This document shows positions 38,990-52,371 of a stretch of DNA of 64,000 bases, piece after piece (the first letter of the stretch is position 1; the number at the start of each line of letters is the position of its first letter). Both the position numbers and the translations under genes were made by a program. This DNA comes from an uncultured delta proteobacterium (GTDB taxonomy: Bacteria > Desulfobacterota > Binatia > Binatales > Binataceae), in assembly GCA_963710455.1 (NCBI GenBank), contig CAVQAG010000017.1, positions 472,149-536,148 on the forward strand, in the 5' to 3' direction. A model generated the notes under the pieces. The model saw only the letters and a list, made by a program, of their open reading frames with translations. It did no database searches and was not told the DNA's origin.

Positions 38990-40357
38990 TCAGGCGGCCC
39001 GATCGCGTGCGGCCTGGGCCTCGGCGATGATGGAGAGCCGCGCCAGCAGGATGATGCCGCAAGCGAGCGCCGCGACGGCCGACGCGGCGACGGCGATTTG
39101 CGGGCTCAGACGCTCGCCGAGATAGCCCACTTCGAGGCTGCCAATCGGTGCGAGTCCGATGAACGATAGCGTGTACATGCTCATCACGCGCCCGCGCAGA
39201 TCGTCCGAGACGAACAACTGGAGCATCGTGTTGCTGGTCGCCATGTAGTTGAGCAGCCCTGCGCCGATCAGCATCTGCGCCAGCAGCGACAGCCACATCA
39301 CGGACGAGAAGCCGAAAACGAAAATTCCGGCCGCGGAGCCGAACAGGCCGAAAATCAGGTTCTGGCGCAGTCCGCGCGGTGTCCTGGATGACGCCAGCAC
39401 GTAAGCGCCGAGCAACGCGCCGACGCCCTGGGCGGCGAGCAGAAAGCCGTAAGCGCGAGGGCCGCCGTGTAACACGTCGCGGGCGAAGACCGGAATTAGT
39501 ACCGAGTACTGCATCCCAAAGCCCGCATTGATCGCGATCAGCAGAAGCAGGTAGAAACTCGCGCGATGGTGCCAGATGTACTCGAAACCCTCGCGCAGCC
39601 GGGTGAACATCGCCGAGCCGATGCGTGGTAGTTCGCGTGCCACCAGTTCCATCTCGAGCAGGCTCCAGATGACCGCGATATAGCTGAGCCCATTGAGGAA
39701 AAAACATCCCGCGATCCCGATTACGCTGATCAGGACTCCGGCGACGGCGGGCCCTACCACGCGCGCCCCGTTGAAGATCATCGAGTTGAGCGCGATCGCG
39801 TTTGGCAAATCCTCGCGCCCCACCATCTCGACCACAAAAGTCTGACGTGCCGGCATGTCGAAGGCCGTTACCAGGCCGTTGATCGCGGCCAGGATGATCA
39901 CGTACTCGACCCGCACCACGCCGACCCAGGTGAGCGCTGCCAGGATGAATGCGCTCAGCATCAGCAGCGCCTGGGTAGCGACGATCAACCGGCGCCGATC
40001 GGCGTGGTCCACTATCACTCCAGCGAATAGCGTCACCAGCAGCACCGGCAAGTAGCCAGCGAAGCTGACCACGCCGAGCATCAGGGCGGAGTTCGTGAGC
40101 TTGAGCACCAGCCATCCCTGCGCCACCGACTGCATCCAGGTGCCGATGAGCGAGACGAATTGACCGCCGAAGTACAGTCGGAAATTGCGATGGCGCAGCG
40201 CACGGAACGCGCCGAGCCGCTCGTCTACAGGTTCGATTTGAACTGGGGCGTCGGCAACGGGGTTGCCCCCGGAAGAAGTTTCGGCGGAAGTCTCGATGGA
40301 GGAGCTCACTTGAGGGATGAGGCCAGTTTGCCAAAGTCGGGGACGGCTGGCGAGCAC
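38990..40357 (-). CDS. MFS transporter
   Basis: ALRHRNFRLY..GQ..S..GTWMQ, FDMPARQ, NA.ALNS..FN.AR; real start probably near 40309. Confidence 0.88.
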   Translation of the reverse strand: MLASRPRLWQTGLIPQVSSSIETSAETSSGGNPVADAPVQIEPVDERLGAFRALRHRNFRLYFGGQFVSLIGTWMQSVAQGWLVLKLTNSALMLGVVSFAGYLPVLLVTLFAGVIVDHADRRRLIVATQALLMLSAFILAALTWVGVVRVEYVIILAAINGLVTAFDMPARQTFVVEMVGREDLPNAIALNSMIFNGARVVGPAVAGVLISVIGIAGCFFLNGLSYIAVIWSLLEMELVARELPRIGSAMFTRLREGFEYIWHHRASFYLLLLIAINAGFGMQYSVLIPVFARDVLHGGPRAYGFLLAAQGVGALLGAYVLASSRTPRGLRQNLIFGLFGSAAGIFVFGFSSVMWLSLLAQMLIGAGLLNYMATSNTMLQLFVSDDLRGRVMSMYTLSFIGLAPIGSLEVGYLGERLSPQIAVAASAVAALACGIILLARLSIIAEAQAARDRAA

Positions 40358-40428
40358 GGATCCCGCACCAAATCAGCGCTCGCGCCGGGATTCACGCGGA
40401 GCCGAGCGGTGGTGTAAGATTATAAGCC

Positions 40429-41619
40429 ATGTTCGGCGAATTAGTCCCGCGCGAAAAGAGCAAGGCCCCGTTTATCTCCATCGAGGAAGCGCTCGAGGAG
40501 ATTCGGCGCGGCCGCATGATCATCCTGATGGATGACGAGCAGCGCGAAAACGAGGGCGACCTGTGTATGGCTGCCGAACTCGCGACCGCCGAGGCGATCA
40601 ACTTCATGGCGAAGCACGGGCGCGGGTTGATTTGTCTGCCGATGGCGCCCGAGCGAATCGATCAACTTGGTCTGAGCATGATGGTCGGTGACAACCAGGC
40701 GCCGCTCGGCACCGCCTTCACCGTGCCGATCACCGCGCGGCGTGCCAGCGGCTCGGGAATTTCGGCGCGCGATCGTGCCACCACAATTCTGCAGGCCGTG
40801 CGCGAGGACGCCACCGGCGCCGAATTCGTCAGCCCCGGCTACGTCTATCCGCTCCGCGCTCGCGAGGGTGGCGTGCTGGTGCGCACAGGCCAGACCGAGG
40901 GCGGAGTTGACCTGTCGCGGCTGGCGGGGCTCAAACCCGCAAGCGTCATCTGCGAGATCCTCAAGGAGGACGGCACGATGGCGCGGCGCGACGACCTGGT
41001 GGAGTTTGCCCGCGTCCATGGACTCAAAATCGTTACGGTTGCTGACATAATCGAGTACCGCCTGCGGAACGAAACGATGGTGCAGCGGATCGCCGAAGCG
41101 CGATTGCCCACTCATTGGGGCGAGTTTCGCGCCTTCGTCTACCGCAACCGGGTCGATTCGACCGAGCACCTGGTGTTGGTGATGGGCACGATCGAGCCTG
41201 ACCGTCCGGTGCGCGTGCGGGCGCATCGTGAATACCTCCCCGGCGACGTCTTCGGTTACTCGCCGCGTAATACTCGGAGTCTCCTACAGGCCGCAATGGA
41301 ACGTATTGCGGTGCTCGGCGAGGGGGTTATCCTCTACCTCAAGCGCGAGTCCGATGCGATCGCCAGCGACATCGACAGCAGCCGCGCCTCCGCGGCGGCG
41401 CGCCGCAACTGGTATCTTCGCGCGAGCACTCATTTAAGCCCGCCCGAGGCCGACTTCCGTGACTATGGAATCGGTGCGCAAATCCTGCGCGACGTAGGCG
41501 TGCGCAAAATGATCCTGTTGTCTGACCAGGCTCCGCGGCTGGCGAATCTGCCTGGTTACGGACTGGAGATCATCGGCAGTGAGCCGCTTTCCGATGGCGA
41601 CGGAGTGCCCGGAAGTTAA
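40429..41619 (+). CDS. ribB: 3,4-dihydroxy-2-butanone-4-phosphate synthase fused to a degenerate GTP cyclohydrolase II domain (RibBX-type)
   Basis: DDEQRENEGD, RTGQTE..VDL.RLAG, CEI; C-terminal domain lacks the Zn-binding cysteines. Confidence 0.88.
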   Translation: MFGELVPREKSKAPFISIEEALEEIRRGRMIILMDDEQRENEGDLCMAAELATAEAINFMAKHGRGLICLPMAPERIDQLGLSMMVGDNQAPLGTAFTVPITARRASGSGISARDRATTILQAVREDATGAEFVSPGYVYPLRAREGGVLVRTGQTEGGVDLSRLAGLKPASVICEILKEDGTMARRDDLVEFARVHGLKIVTVADIIEYRLRNETMVQRIAEARLPTHWGEFRAFVYRNRVDSTEHLVLVMGTIEPDRPVRVRAHREYLPGDVFGYSPRNTRSLLQAAMERIAVLGEGVILYLKRESDAIASDIDSSRASAAARRNWYLRASTHLSPPEADFRDYGIGAQILRDVGVRKMILLSDQAPRLANLPGYGLEIIGSEPLSDGDGVPGS

Positions 41620-41719
41620 AGCGAAGTTGCCGCCGGGTAGGCAAGTGAGGCCGCACGAACAAGTGCTGCCCACCAAATAGACCGCGCGGAACCGCGCCGG
41701 GGATTGCGGGATTATTGAG

Positions 41720-43714
41720 GTGATGAATCGATATCGCCGCTTGTGGCGTACGTTTGAGCGCCGGCCATCCAATCGTGGTTCCGCGCGTGCGGCCGTACGT
41801 TTGGCTCGAGCCTCGGCTATCGCGATTTGTGCAATCGCTATAGCAGTGCAGCTCATGTCGGCAGGGGCCGCGAGCGCGCAAGAATCGCTGCCGCAGCCTT
41901 CCGAAGTAGTAAAAATCAACACCCTTAAGCTCGGCGGCGCCCTTAAGCCAGGCGCGACCCGCCAACTCGAGGTCGAGGCCGAGATTCTTCCCGGGTGGCA
42001 TATCAACTCGGACCATCCAAACTCGGCCGATTTCATCCGGACCACGCTCTCAGTTACGCCGCCCGCGGCGGTAAAGGCGGGGGCCGTCGCCTATCCGCCG
42101 GCCGACGAGATCGCGCCCGCGTTTTCCGGTGGCGAAAAACTTTCGGTTTTCACCGGCACGATGAAGTTCATGGTGCCGCTGAGTGCGGCGGCCAATTTCA
42201 AGCCAGATTCGGGCGCGGAAGTCGCGGTTACGCTGGAATATCAGCCCTGCAACGACAACATCTGCATGCCCCCGGCCAAGGTCAGCGCGAAAGCCCCGCT
42301 GGGTTCGTTACAGCCGGCTTCCGCAGCCTCTGCGCCACATGCCGCGCTTGAACGCGCTCGCGTCGTCGCCGTGGCCTTCGGCGATAGCGGGGGCGACTCC
42401 CCGGACGCATCGCAGGACCTGGGCGACAGTGGCTCGCAAGCGCCCGGATCGGGACTGGCCAACGTTTTCCTCGCCCATGGGATGCTGATAGGGCTCCTGG
42501 CGGTTCTGCTCGGCGGGCTCGCGCTTAATCTGACCCCCTGCGTTTACCCGCTGATCGGCGTGACGGTCGCGTACTTTGGCAACCAGGGCGGCGGGCCGCG
42601 AAAAATCGCGGTGCTCGCGGTTATCTACGTGCTCGGAATCGCGCTCACCTTTTCGCTGGCGGGCGTTGCCGTGGCGTTGTCTGGCGGTCTGTTCGGCGCG
42701 GCACTGCAAAATCCGCTGGTGCTGATCGCGATCGCAGCGATGCTGCTGGTGCTGGCGGCCTCGAGCTTCGGGATGTTTTCGCTGCAGCCGCCGCAGTGGT
42801 TGATGCAGCGGGCGGGAGTCGCACGGCCGGGCTACCTCGGGTCGCTCGTGATGGGCCTCGGGATGGGCGTAGTTGCGGCTCCATGCATCGGGCCGATTGT
42901 GCTGGGATTGCTTCTGATGGTCGAACGCAGTGGGAGTCCCGTCTTCGGCTTTGCGCTCTTTTTCACGCTGGCATTAGGACTGGGGCTGCCTTATATCGCG
43001 CTGGCGCTGGCGGCGGGTCATATCAGGGCTTTGCCGCGCTCAGGCGAGTGGCTGGCATGGATCGAACAGCTCTTCGGATTCGTGCTGGTCGGGCTGGCCT
43101 TATACTTCCTGGACCCGGTGGCGCGTGGCTGGCCGATGCGGATTATGCCGTATTATGCGGCTGCGGCCGGCATCTTTCTGGGGTTTATTACTCCGGCGGG
43201 CCGTCAATGGCGTCCATTTCTGATCTTCCGGAGCGGCCTGGGAGCGATATCGCTGAGCGCACTGGTATGGATGCTGACCTTCTCCCATACCAAGCCAGCC
43301 GCGCAACTGGCCTTCGATCCATACGACGTCACCATTCTTAACCAGGCCCGCGAAGCAAAGAAGCCGGTCGTGATCGATTTCAGTGCGACTTGGTGCGTAC
43401 CGTGTCGCGAGATGGCACGTACGACTTTTCGCGATCCGGCAGTTATCGAAGCGGCCTCGCATTTCGTCCGCCTTCAGGCCGACATCACCGACCGCAACAA
43501 CCGCAACACCCAACTGGCGCTGCAGTACGAGATACGGGGCGTTCCGACGACCGTCTTCATCGACAAGAACGGCCGGATCTTAAAGCGTGAGGTTGGCTAC
43601 CTGAACTCGCGGCGTTTTCTGAGCGATCTGCGCGAAGTGGACGAGATGGACGGTCTGCCCGAGGTTCGCGCGACGCCCGCGAGATCATCCACCACGCTCG
43701 CGGCCGTATTCTAA
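41720..43714 (+). CDS. dsbD: DsbD-family protein-disulfide reductase
   Basis: N-terminal domain with GWHIN and CNDNIC; TM domain with LTPCVYP and APCIGP; C-terminal thioredoxin WCVPC. Confidence 0.85.
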   Translation: MMNRYRRLWRTFERRPSNRGSARAAVRLARASAIAICAIAIAVQLMSAGAASAQESLPQPSEVVKINTLKLGGALKPGATRQLEVEAEILPGWHINSDHPNSADFIRTTLSVTPPAAVKAGAVAYPPADEIAPAFSGGEKLSVFTGTMKFMVPLSAAANFKPDSGAEVAVTLEYQPCNDNICMPPAKVSAKAPLGSLQPASAASAPHAALERARVVAVAFGDSGGDSPDASQDLGDSGSQAPGSGLANVFLAHGMLIGLLAVLLGGLALNLTPCVYPLIGVTVAYFGNQGGGPRKIAVLAVIYVLGIALTFSLAGVAVALSGGLFGAALQNPLVLIAIAAMLLVLAASSFGMFSLQPPQWLMQRAGVARPGYLGSLVMGLGMGVVAAPCIGPIVLGLLLMVERSGSPVFGFALFFTLALGLGLPYIALALAAGHIRALPRSGEWLAWIEQLFGFVLVGLALYFLDPVARGWPMRIMPYYAAAAGIFLGFITPAGRQWRPFLIFRSGLGAISLSALVWMLTFSHTKPAAQLAFDPYDVTILNQAREAKKPVVIDFSATWCVPCREMARTTFRDPAVIEAASHFVRLQADITDRNNRNTQLALQYEIRGVPTTVFIDKNGRILKREVGYLNSRRFLSDLREVDEMDGLPEVRATPARSSTTLAAVF

Positions 43715-44121
43715 AATCCGCATTTTCCGGCAACCTCCGAGTCGTCAGATCGCAACGTGCACAGATAATCCGAGGCGCAACTGTCTTCTCTTTTGAGGGC
43801 CAAAGCGTTCTTTATCTATTGAGCAAACAGCATTCTATTAGAGCTCGGTCGCGTTTTCCGGATTCGGCCTCTGTTGAGCTCTCTCAAAGTCTCCAATTCT
43901 ACCCACAAAATCGCACTTTTTGGATTTATCTGACCTTCATCAAACCGTCGTTTGATTGTGAAGGTGAAATCTTCTAGCGGATGCCGTCGCTTTCTTTACT
44001 TGATGGTCCCTTCGGAATAAACTGTTTTCTTGTAAACACGCATCGGTATTTGATGCAAATTCCACTCGATGCGGTCGCAGATCGCACTCGTGCGCGACTA
44101 TCCAATCGGTGGAATTTTTGA

Positions 44122-46563
<2,442 letters not shown>

Positions 46564-46596
46564 CGGACGTTGGCGGACGCACCATAGCAAATTTGA

Positions 46597-46631
46597 CCTC
46601 TCCCTGACCCTCTCCCTGGACCAGGGAGGGG
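46597..46631. repeat. REP-like CCCTCTCCC/GGGAGGGG palindromic intergenic element
   Basis: CCTCTCCCTGACCCTCTCCCTGGACCAGGGAGGGG between gyrB and gyrA; single copy in this window. Confidence 0.5.
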
Positions 46632-46664
46632 ATAAAAAAAGTAAAAGAAAAGACGTAATCTACG

Positions 46665-49217
46665 ATGGCTGAGACCCCCAACGGCAACGAACCGCATCGC
46701 AACGAACCCGCCCGGCTGAATATCGAAGACGACATGCGGCAGTCCTACCTGGACTACGCAATGTCGGTAAATATCGGGCGCGCGCTGCCCGATCTGCGCG
46801 ACGGCCTGAAGCCCGTCCATCGCAGGATTCTGTACGCGATGTTCCGCGAGGGGCTGCTCAGCACGCGGCGCTACTCCAAGTGCGCCGGCGTCGTGGGCGA
46901 GGTGCTCAAACGCTACCATCCGCATGGCGACATGGCGGTGTACGACGCGTTGGTGCGGATGGCGCAGTCGTTCAGCATGCGTTACCCGCTGATCGACGGC
47001 CAAGGCAACTTTGGCTCGATCGATGGCGATCCGCCCGCCGCCTACCGCTATACCGAATGCCGGCTCACCCGGATGGCCGAGCGGATGCTCGCCGACATCG
47101 AGAAGGAGACCGTCGACTTCGTCGATAACTTCGACGGCTCGCAGCAGGAGCCCGAAGTCCTGCCGGCCCAGCTTCCCAACCTGCTGATCAACGGCGCCGA
47201 CGGGATCGCGGTCGGGATGGCGACCAACATCCCGCCGCATAACCTGACCGAGGTTTGCGACGCCCTGCTGAAACTGATCGAGAATCCTGCGATGACGCTC
47301 GAGGAGGTGCTCGACATCATTTCGGGGCCCGATTTTCCGACCGGCGGTCTCCTGCTCGGACGCCAGGCGATTCGCCAGGCCTACCTGGGCAAGCGCGGAT
47401 CGTTGACGATCCGCGCGCTCGCGGTGATCGAAACCGACAAGCGCACCGGGCGCGGCTCGATCATCGTGCGCGAGATTCCCTACCAGGTGAACAAGACCCG
47501 GCTTATCGAACGTATCGCGGAGTTGGTCAACGAAAAGCGGATCGACGGCATCAGCGATTTGCGCGACGAATCCGACCGCGACGGGATGCGCATCGTGATC
47601 GAGCTCAAGCGCGACGCCGAGCCGAAAATCGTGCTCAACCAGCTCTACAAGCTGAGCCAGATGCAGCAGAGTTACGGGCTCATCATGCTCTCGATTCACG
47701 AGGGCCGCCCGCGCGAGCTCAGCCTGCTCGAGATGCTCCAGGCCTTCCTGCTCTACCGGCGCCAGGTGCTGACCCGGCGCGCGCAGTACGAAAAGCGCCA
47801 GGCCGAGGCGCGGCTGCACATCCTCGACGGATTGCTGATCGCGCTCAAGAACCTTGACGCGGTAATCAAGCTGATTCGCGCGTCGAAGGATGCCGAGACT
47901 GCGCGCACTGGCTTGATGAGCCAGTTCTCGCTCACCCAAATCCAGGCCCAGGCGATCCTCGATCTCACGCTACGCAGGCTGACCTCGCTCGAGCGCGACA
48001 AAATTCTCGCCGAGCACAAGGAAACCACGGAAACGATAGCGCGGCTCACCCGGCTCCTTAGCGACGAACGCGAAATGAGCGCGCTTGTCGCGTCAGAAAT
48101 CGAAGACATCAAAAAAGAATTCGGCGACGCGCGCCGCACCCAGATCGTCGAGGCCGAGGGCGACTTCTCGGTCGAAGACCTGATCGTCGACGAAGACGTG
48201 CTCGTCACCGTCACCCACGGCGGCTATATCAAGCGCACGCCGCTCTCGCTCTACCGCACCCAGCGCCGCGGCGGCCGCGGCAAGATCGGTGCGACCACCA
48301 GCGAGGCCGACTTCGTCGAACACCTGGTGCCGGTCGGCACTCATGACCGCCTGATGTTCTTCACCAGCAAGGGCAAGGTCTACGAGCTCAAGGCCTACGA
48401 GGTTCCGGAGGGCGGACGCGCCGCCAAAGGACGCTCGATCGCCAACCTGCTGAACCTTGCCGCCGACGAGCGGATGGAAGCGTTCATCCCGGCGCCCAAG
48501 GACACCGCCGGCAAGTACCTCTTCTTCGCCACGCGGCGCGGGATGGTCAAGAAGACCGCGCTAGACGAATATTCCAACGTCCGCTCCAATGGCCTCATCG
48601 CGATCAACCTCGAGGAGGGCGACGAGCTGGTCGGCGTGCGGATTACCGACGGCAACCAGCAGATCGTGCTCTCGACGCGCGAGGGCCAGGCGATTCGCTT
48701 CAAGGAGGAAGAGGTTCGCCCGATGGGCCGCGCGACCTTCGGCGTGACCGGGATGGAGCTCGAATCGTACAGTGTCAAAGAAGGCAAGAATGTCACGCTG
48801 GTCAAGGACGAGATCGTTTCGATTGCGACCTCGCGCGAGGACGAGACGCTGCTGACGGTCTCCGAGCTGGGTTTCGGCAAGCGCACCGGCGCCGCCGAAT
48901 ACCGGTTGACCCATCGCGGCGGCAAGGGCGTCATCACGATGAACGTCACCGACAAGACCGGCAAGGTGATTAGCGTGCGCCAGGTCGGCTCCGACGACCA
49001 GGTGGTGCTGATAACCGACGGCGGCAAGGTGATCCGGCTCGACGTGAGCACCGTGCGGATCACTGGGCGTAATGCCCAGGGCGTGCGGCTGGTGAAACTG
49101 GATCCGGGCGAGCACGTGCGGGCAGTGGCCGGATTGGCGGAGCCCGAAGACGTCGAGAACGGCGGTCCGACCAACGGCACCAGCGGCACAACGACGGACG
49201 ACGAGTCGGACGAATAG
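46665..49217 (+). CDS. gyrA: DNA gyrase subunit A
   Basis: [38 protein letters not shown] GyrA-box, beta-pinwheel repeats. Confidence 0.98.
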   Translation: MAETPNGNEPHRNEPARLNIEDDMRQSYLDYAMSVNIGRALPDLRDGLKPVHRRILYAMFREGLLSTRRYSKCAGVVGEVLKRYHPHGDMAVYDALVRMAQSFSMRYPLIDGQGNFGSIDGDPPAAYRYTECRLTRMAERMLADIEKETVDFVDNFDGSQQEPEVLPAQLPNLLINGADGIAVGMATNIPPHNLTEVCDALLKLIENPAMTLEEVLDIISGPDFPTGGLLLGRQAIRQAYLGKRGSLTIRALAVIETDKRTGRGSIIVREIPYQVNKTRLIERIAELVNEKRIDGISDLRDESDRDGMRIVIELKRDAEPKIVLNQLYKLSQMQQSYGLIMLSIHEGRPRELSLLEMLQAFLLYRRQVLTRRAQYEKRQAEARLHILDGLLIALKNLDAVIKLIRASKDAETARTGLMSQFSLTQIQAQAILDLTLRRLTSLERDKILAEHKETTETIARLTRLLSDEREMSALVASEIEDIKKEFGDARRTQIVEAEGDFSVEDLIVDEDVLVTVTHGGYIKRTPLSLYRTQRRGGRGKIGATTSEADFVEHLVPVGTHDRLMFFTSKGKVYELKAYEVPEGGRAAKGRSIANLLNLAADERMEAFIPAPKDTAGKYLFFATRRGMVKKTALDEYSNVRSNGLIAINLEEGDELVGVRITDGNQQIVLSTREGQAIRFKEEEVRPMGRATFGVTGMELESYSVKEGKNVTLVKDEIVSIATSREDETLLTVSELGFGKRTGAAEYRLTHRGGKGVITMNVTDKTGKVISVRQVGSDDQVVLITDGGKVIRLDVSTVRITGRNAQGVRLVKLDPGEHVRAVAGLAEPEDVENGGPTNGTSGTTTDDESDE

Positions 49218-49269
49218 GCGGGGCTGTCTCGTTGGACATTCGGCGCAGGGCGGGCGTAAAGATCGCTTG

Positions 49270-50156
49270 ATGCCGCTCGATTCGTCGTTAGTTGGAACCT
49301 CTTCAGAGTTGGTCGCGGCCGACGTCGACGTGGCTTGGACGATGGCCTATGCGGCGGGGCTCGGCGATGCGCTGCCCTGCTACCTCGACACCACGCGCGA
49401 GCGCGGCATCGTCGCCCATCCGATGTTCTCGGTGGCGATCGAGTGGCGTGCGATGGTCCAGATAATCCAGGTGCTGAGCGAGGCGGGCTTTCCGCGCGCC
49501 GAAATGTTGCGCCGCGTACACGCGACCGACGACGTAATCGTACATCGCCCAATTCATCCGCCTGAGCGGCTGTTCACGCGAGCCACGATCGCCGGAATCG
49601 AACGGCGCACGGCAGGCGCTTACCAGCTCACTCGCTTCGACACGATGGACGAAAAAGGCGCACCGGTTTGCACCACCTGGTACGGAAATCTCTATCGCGG
49701 CGTCGAGGTCGCGGGCTCCGATCCGCCGCCGCCCGATGTACGCCGACGCTTGCGCCTGCGGCCGGCGCGGTGTCGGCGCACGCGAGCTTCGTGATTCCGC
49801 TTTCACCGGTCGCCGCGCATGTCTATGGCGCCTGCGCGCGGCTGGGCAACCCGGTCAATATCCATACGGACCTCGCGACCGCGAAGAAGGCCGGACTGCC
49901 GGGGACGATCCTGCACGGCACCGCCACTCTTGCGATGGCGGCCTCACGTGTGGTCGCGGCCGCGGCGGATTGCGATCCGACCTGCGTCGGACGTATCCAC
50001 GCGCGTTTCGGTGCGATGGTACTGATGCCTTCGGAGATCGAGGTGCGAATTTCGGCTCACGAGCAGAGCATCGCGGGCAGGACGGTCTTTTTCGAGGTGC
50101 TGAGCGCCGACGGCGGAAGAGCAATTCGCGACGGCTTCGTCGTGCTGCGTGTCTGA
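49270..50156 (+). pseudogene. MaoC-like double hot-dog dehydratase, frameshifted near 49725-49742
   Basis: N-half (49270 frame) and C-half (49668 frame) each align to the intact paralogue at 50243; one base apparently missing. Confidence 0.7.
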
Positions 50157-50242
50157 GGTGCGTCGCGGGGAGCCTGCTCGAGTACGTCGCGCGCGGTCCG
50201 TCGCGATGGACATTCGCGGCCCAAGCTCTGTAGAAATACCTT

Positions 50243-51124
50243 ATGCCACTGGAATCATCGCTGGTTGGAACCAAGATCGGTCCCGCTACCACCGAGGTCG
50301 ACGCGCGATGGGCGATGGCCTACGCGGCGGCGCTCGAGGATTATCTGCCCTGCTATCTCGACACGCGACGCCCCGAGGGTATCGTCGCTCATCCGGTGTT
50401 CCCGGTTTGCATCGAGTGGCCGGCGGCGATTGCTTTACACGAAAAGATGCGCGAATCGAAACTCGCGCAGATCGAGGCGGCGCGCGGTGTACATGCAACC
50501 TACGACGTCACGCTGCATCGCGCGATCCGGCCACCCGAACGGCTGACGACCACGCTCACACTTGCCGCGGTGCAGCGGCTAAAGCCCGGCGCCTACGAGT
50601 TGATGCGGTTCGACACCGTCGATGCGCAGAGTCGGCCGGTTTGCACCACGTGGTACGGGACGATTTACCGCGGCGTGGAAGTGGCCGGCCCCGACCGCCC
50701 CGCCGCCGACGCGCCGGCGCTGCCGACGGTTTCCAGCGCCGGCGACCGGGCGCGCGCGGAAATCCCGCTCGCAATTTCGACCGGCGCCGCGCACGTCTAT
50801 ACTGAATGCGCGCGCATCTGGAACCCGGTGCATACCGATAGCGCGGTCGCCGCAGCCGCCGGCCTGCCCGCTATTATCCTGCACGGCACGGCCACGATGG
50901 CGATGGCGGTTTCGAAGATCGTCGCCGCCGAGTCGAGCTACAATCCCGAACGCGTGCGCCGCGTCCACGGGCGGTTCGCGGCGATGGTGTTGATGCCGTC
51001 GATGGTAACGGTGCGAGCCAATTCGCGTACGCCCTCAAGCGGCGGCGAAGCGGTTTCCTTCGAGGTGCTCAATGCCGACGGCGGCCGGGCGATTCGTGAC
51101 GGGATGGTCCTGCTCGGCGACTAG
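50243..51124 (+). CDS. MaoC-like double hot-dog fold dehydratase
   Basis: AMAYAAA, AHPVFP, WNPVHTD..A.AAGLP..ILHG.AT. Confidence 0.85.
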   Translation: MPLESSLVGTKIGPATTEVDARWAMAYAAALEDYLPCYLDTRRPEGIVAHPVFPVCIEWPAAIALHEKMRESKLAQIEAARGVHATYDVTLHRAIRPPERLTTTLTLAAVQRLKPGAYELMRFDTVDAQSRPVCTTWYGTIYRGVEVAGPDRPAADAPALPTVSSAGDRARAEIPLAISTGAAHVYTECARIWNPVHTDSAVAAAAGLPAIILHGTATMAMAVSKIVAAESSYNPERVRRVHGRFAAMVLMPSMVTVRANSRTPSSGGEAVSFEVLNADGGRAIRDGMVLLGD

Positions 51125-51216
51125 CCGCGAGCGCGCAGGGCCGAGAGAGCTTCCAGGCGGCATTTCGCAGTAATTTTCAAAGACCATGTCTTGAAGATCG
51201 TGGCGGGAGCATATCC

Positions 51217-52326
51217 ATGAAGGTCAAGGCGGCTGTCGCACACAAGGCCGGCGCTCCCCTCGAGATCGAAACCGTCGATCTCGACGGCCCTCGGCAGGGC
51301 GAAGTGCTGGTCGAGATTAAAGCTAGCGGCGTATGCCATACCGACGCCTACACGCTCTCGGGCAAGGACCCCGAGGGGCTGTTTCCCGCGATCCTCGGCC
51401 ACGAAGGCGCAGGCGTGGTGGTCGAGGCCGGGGCAGGCGTGACGACGCTTCGCTCCGGTGACCACGTAATCCCGCTTTACATCCCGGAGTGCCGCCAATG
51501 TCCGGCCTGCCTCTCGGGCAAGACCAACCTGTGCACAGCGATCCGCGAGACCCAGGGGCGCGGGGTGATGCCCGACGGCCAGAGCCGGTTCTCGAGCGGT
51601 GGCCGGATGCTCCATCACTACATGGGAACCTCGACCTTCGCCAATTTCACCGTGGTACCGGAGATCGCGCTGGCCAAGGTGCGCGAGGACGCGCCCTTCG
51701 ACCGCATCTGTTATGTCGGATGCGGCGTGACGACCGGCGTTGGCGCGGTGATCAACACTGCGAAGGTCCAGGTCGGCGACTCGGTGGTGGTCTTCGGGCT
51801 TGGCGGGATCGGGCTCAACGTGGTGCAGGGCGCGCGAATCGCTGGCGCGCGGATGATCGCCGGAGTGGACCTCAATCCGGCGCGCCGCGCGATCGCTGAG
51901 AAGTTCGGCCTAACTCATTTCGTCAATCCCGCCGAGGTCCGGGGTGACCTTGTGCCCTACCTGGTTGATCTGACCGGCGGTGGGGCCGACTTCGCATTCG
52001 AGTGCATCGGCAACGTCAAGCTGATGCGGCAGGCGCTCGAGTGCTGCCATCGTGGATGGGGCACCTGCGTGATAATTGGCGTGGCGGGCGCAGGCGAGGA
52101 GATTTCGACCCGTCCATTTCAGCTCGTCACCGGCCGCACCTGGAAGGGAACCGCATTCGGCGGCGCCAGGGGACGGCGCGACGTGCCGAAGATCGTCGAC
52201 TGGTACATGGAAGGCAAAATAAACATCGACGACCTGATCACGCACATGATGCCGCTCGACCGCATCAACGAGGCCTTCGACCTGATGCATCGCGGCGAGT
52301 CGATTCGGACGGTGGTGACGTTCTGA
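51217..52326 (+). CDS. frmA: S-(hydroxymethyl)glutathione dehydrogenase / class III alcohol dehydrogenase
   Basis: GVCHTDAYTLSG.DPEG.FP.ILGHEGAG, CRQC..C.SGKTNLC, TRPFQLVTGR.WKG. Confidence 0.95.
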   Translation: MKVKAAVAHKAGAPLEIETVDLDGPRQGEVLVEIKASGVCHTDAYTLSGKDPEGLFPAILGHEGAGVVVEAGAGVTTLRSGDHVIPLYIPECRQCPACLSGKTNLCTAIRETQGRGVMPDGQSRFSSGGRMLHHYMGTSTFANFTVVPEIALAKVREDAPFDRICYVGCGVTTGVGAVINTAKVQVGDSVVVFGLGGIGLNVVQGARIAGARMIAGVDLNPARRAIAEKFGLTHFVNPAEVRGDLVPYLVDLTGGGADFAFECIGNVKLMRQALECCHRGWGTCVIIGVAGAGEEISTRPFQLVTGRTWKGTAFGGARGRRDVPKIVDWYMEGKINIDDLITHMMPLDRINEAFDLMHRGESIRTVVTF

Positions 52327-52371
52327 GAGTGATGGACTCGGTGCGCTGAACCCCGGATGGCGCGCTCGCGA

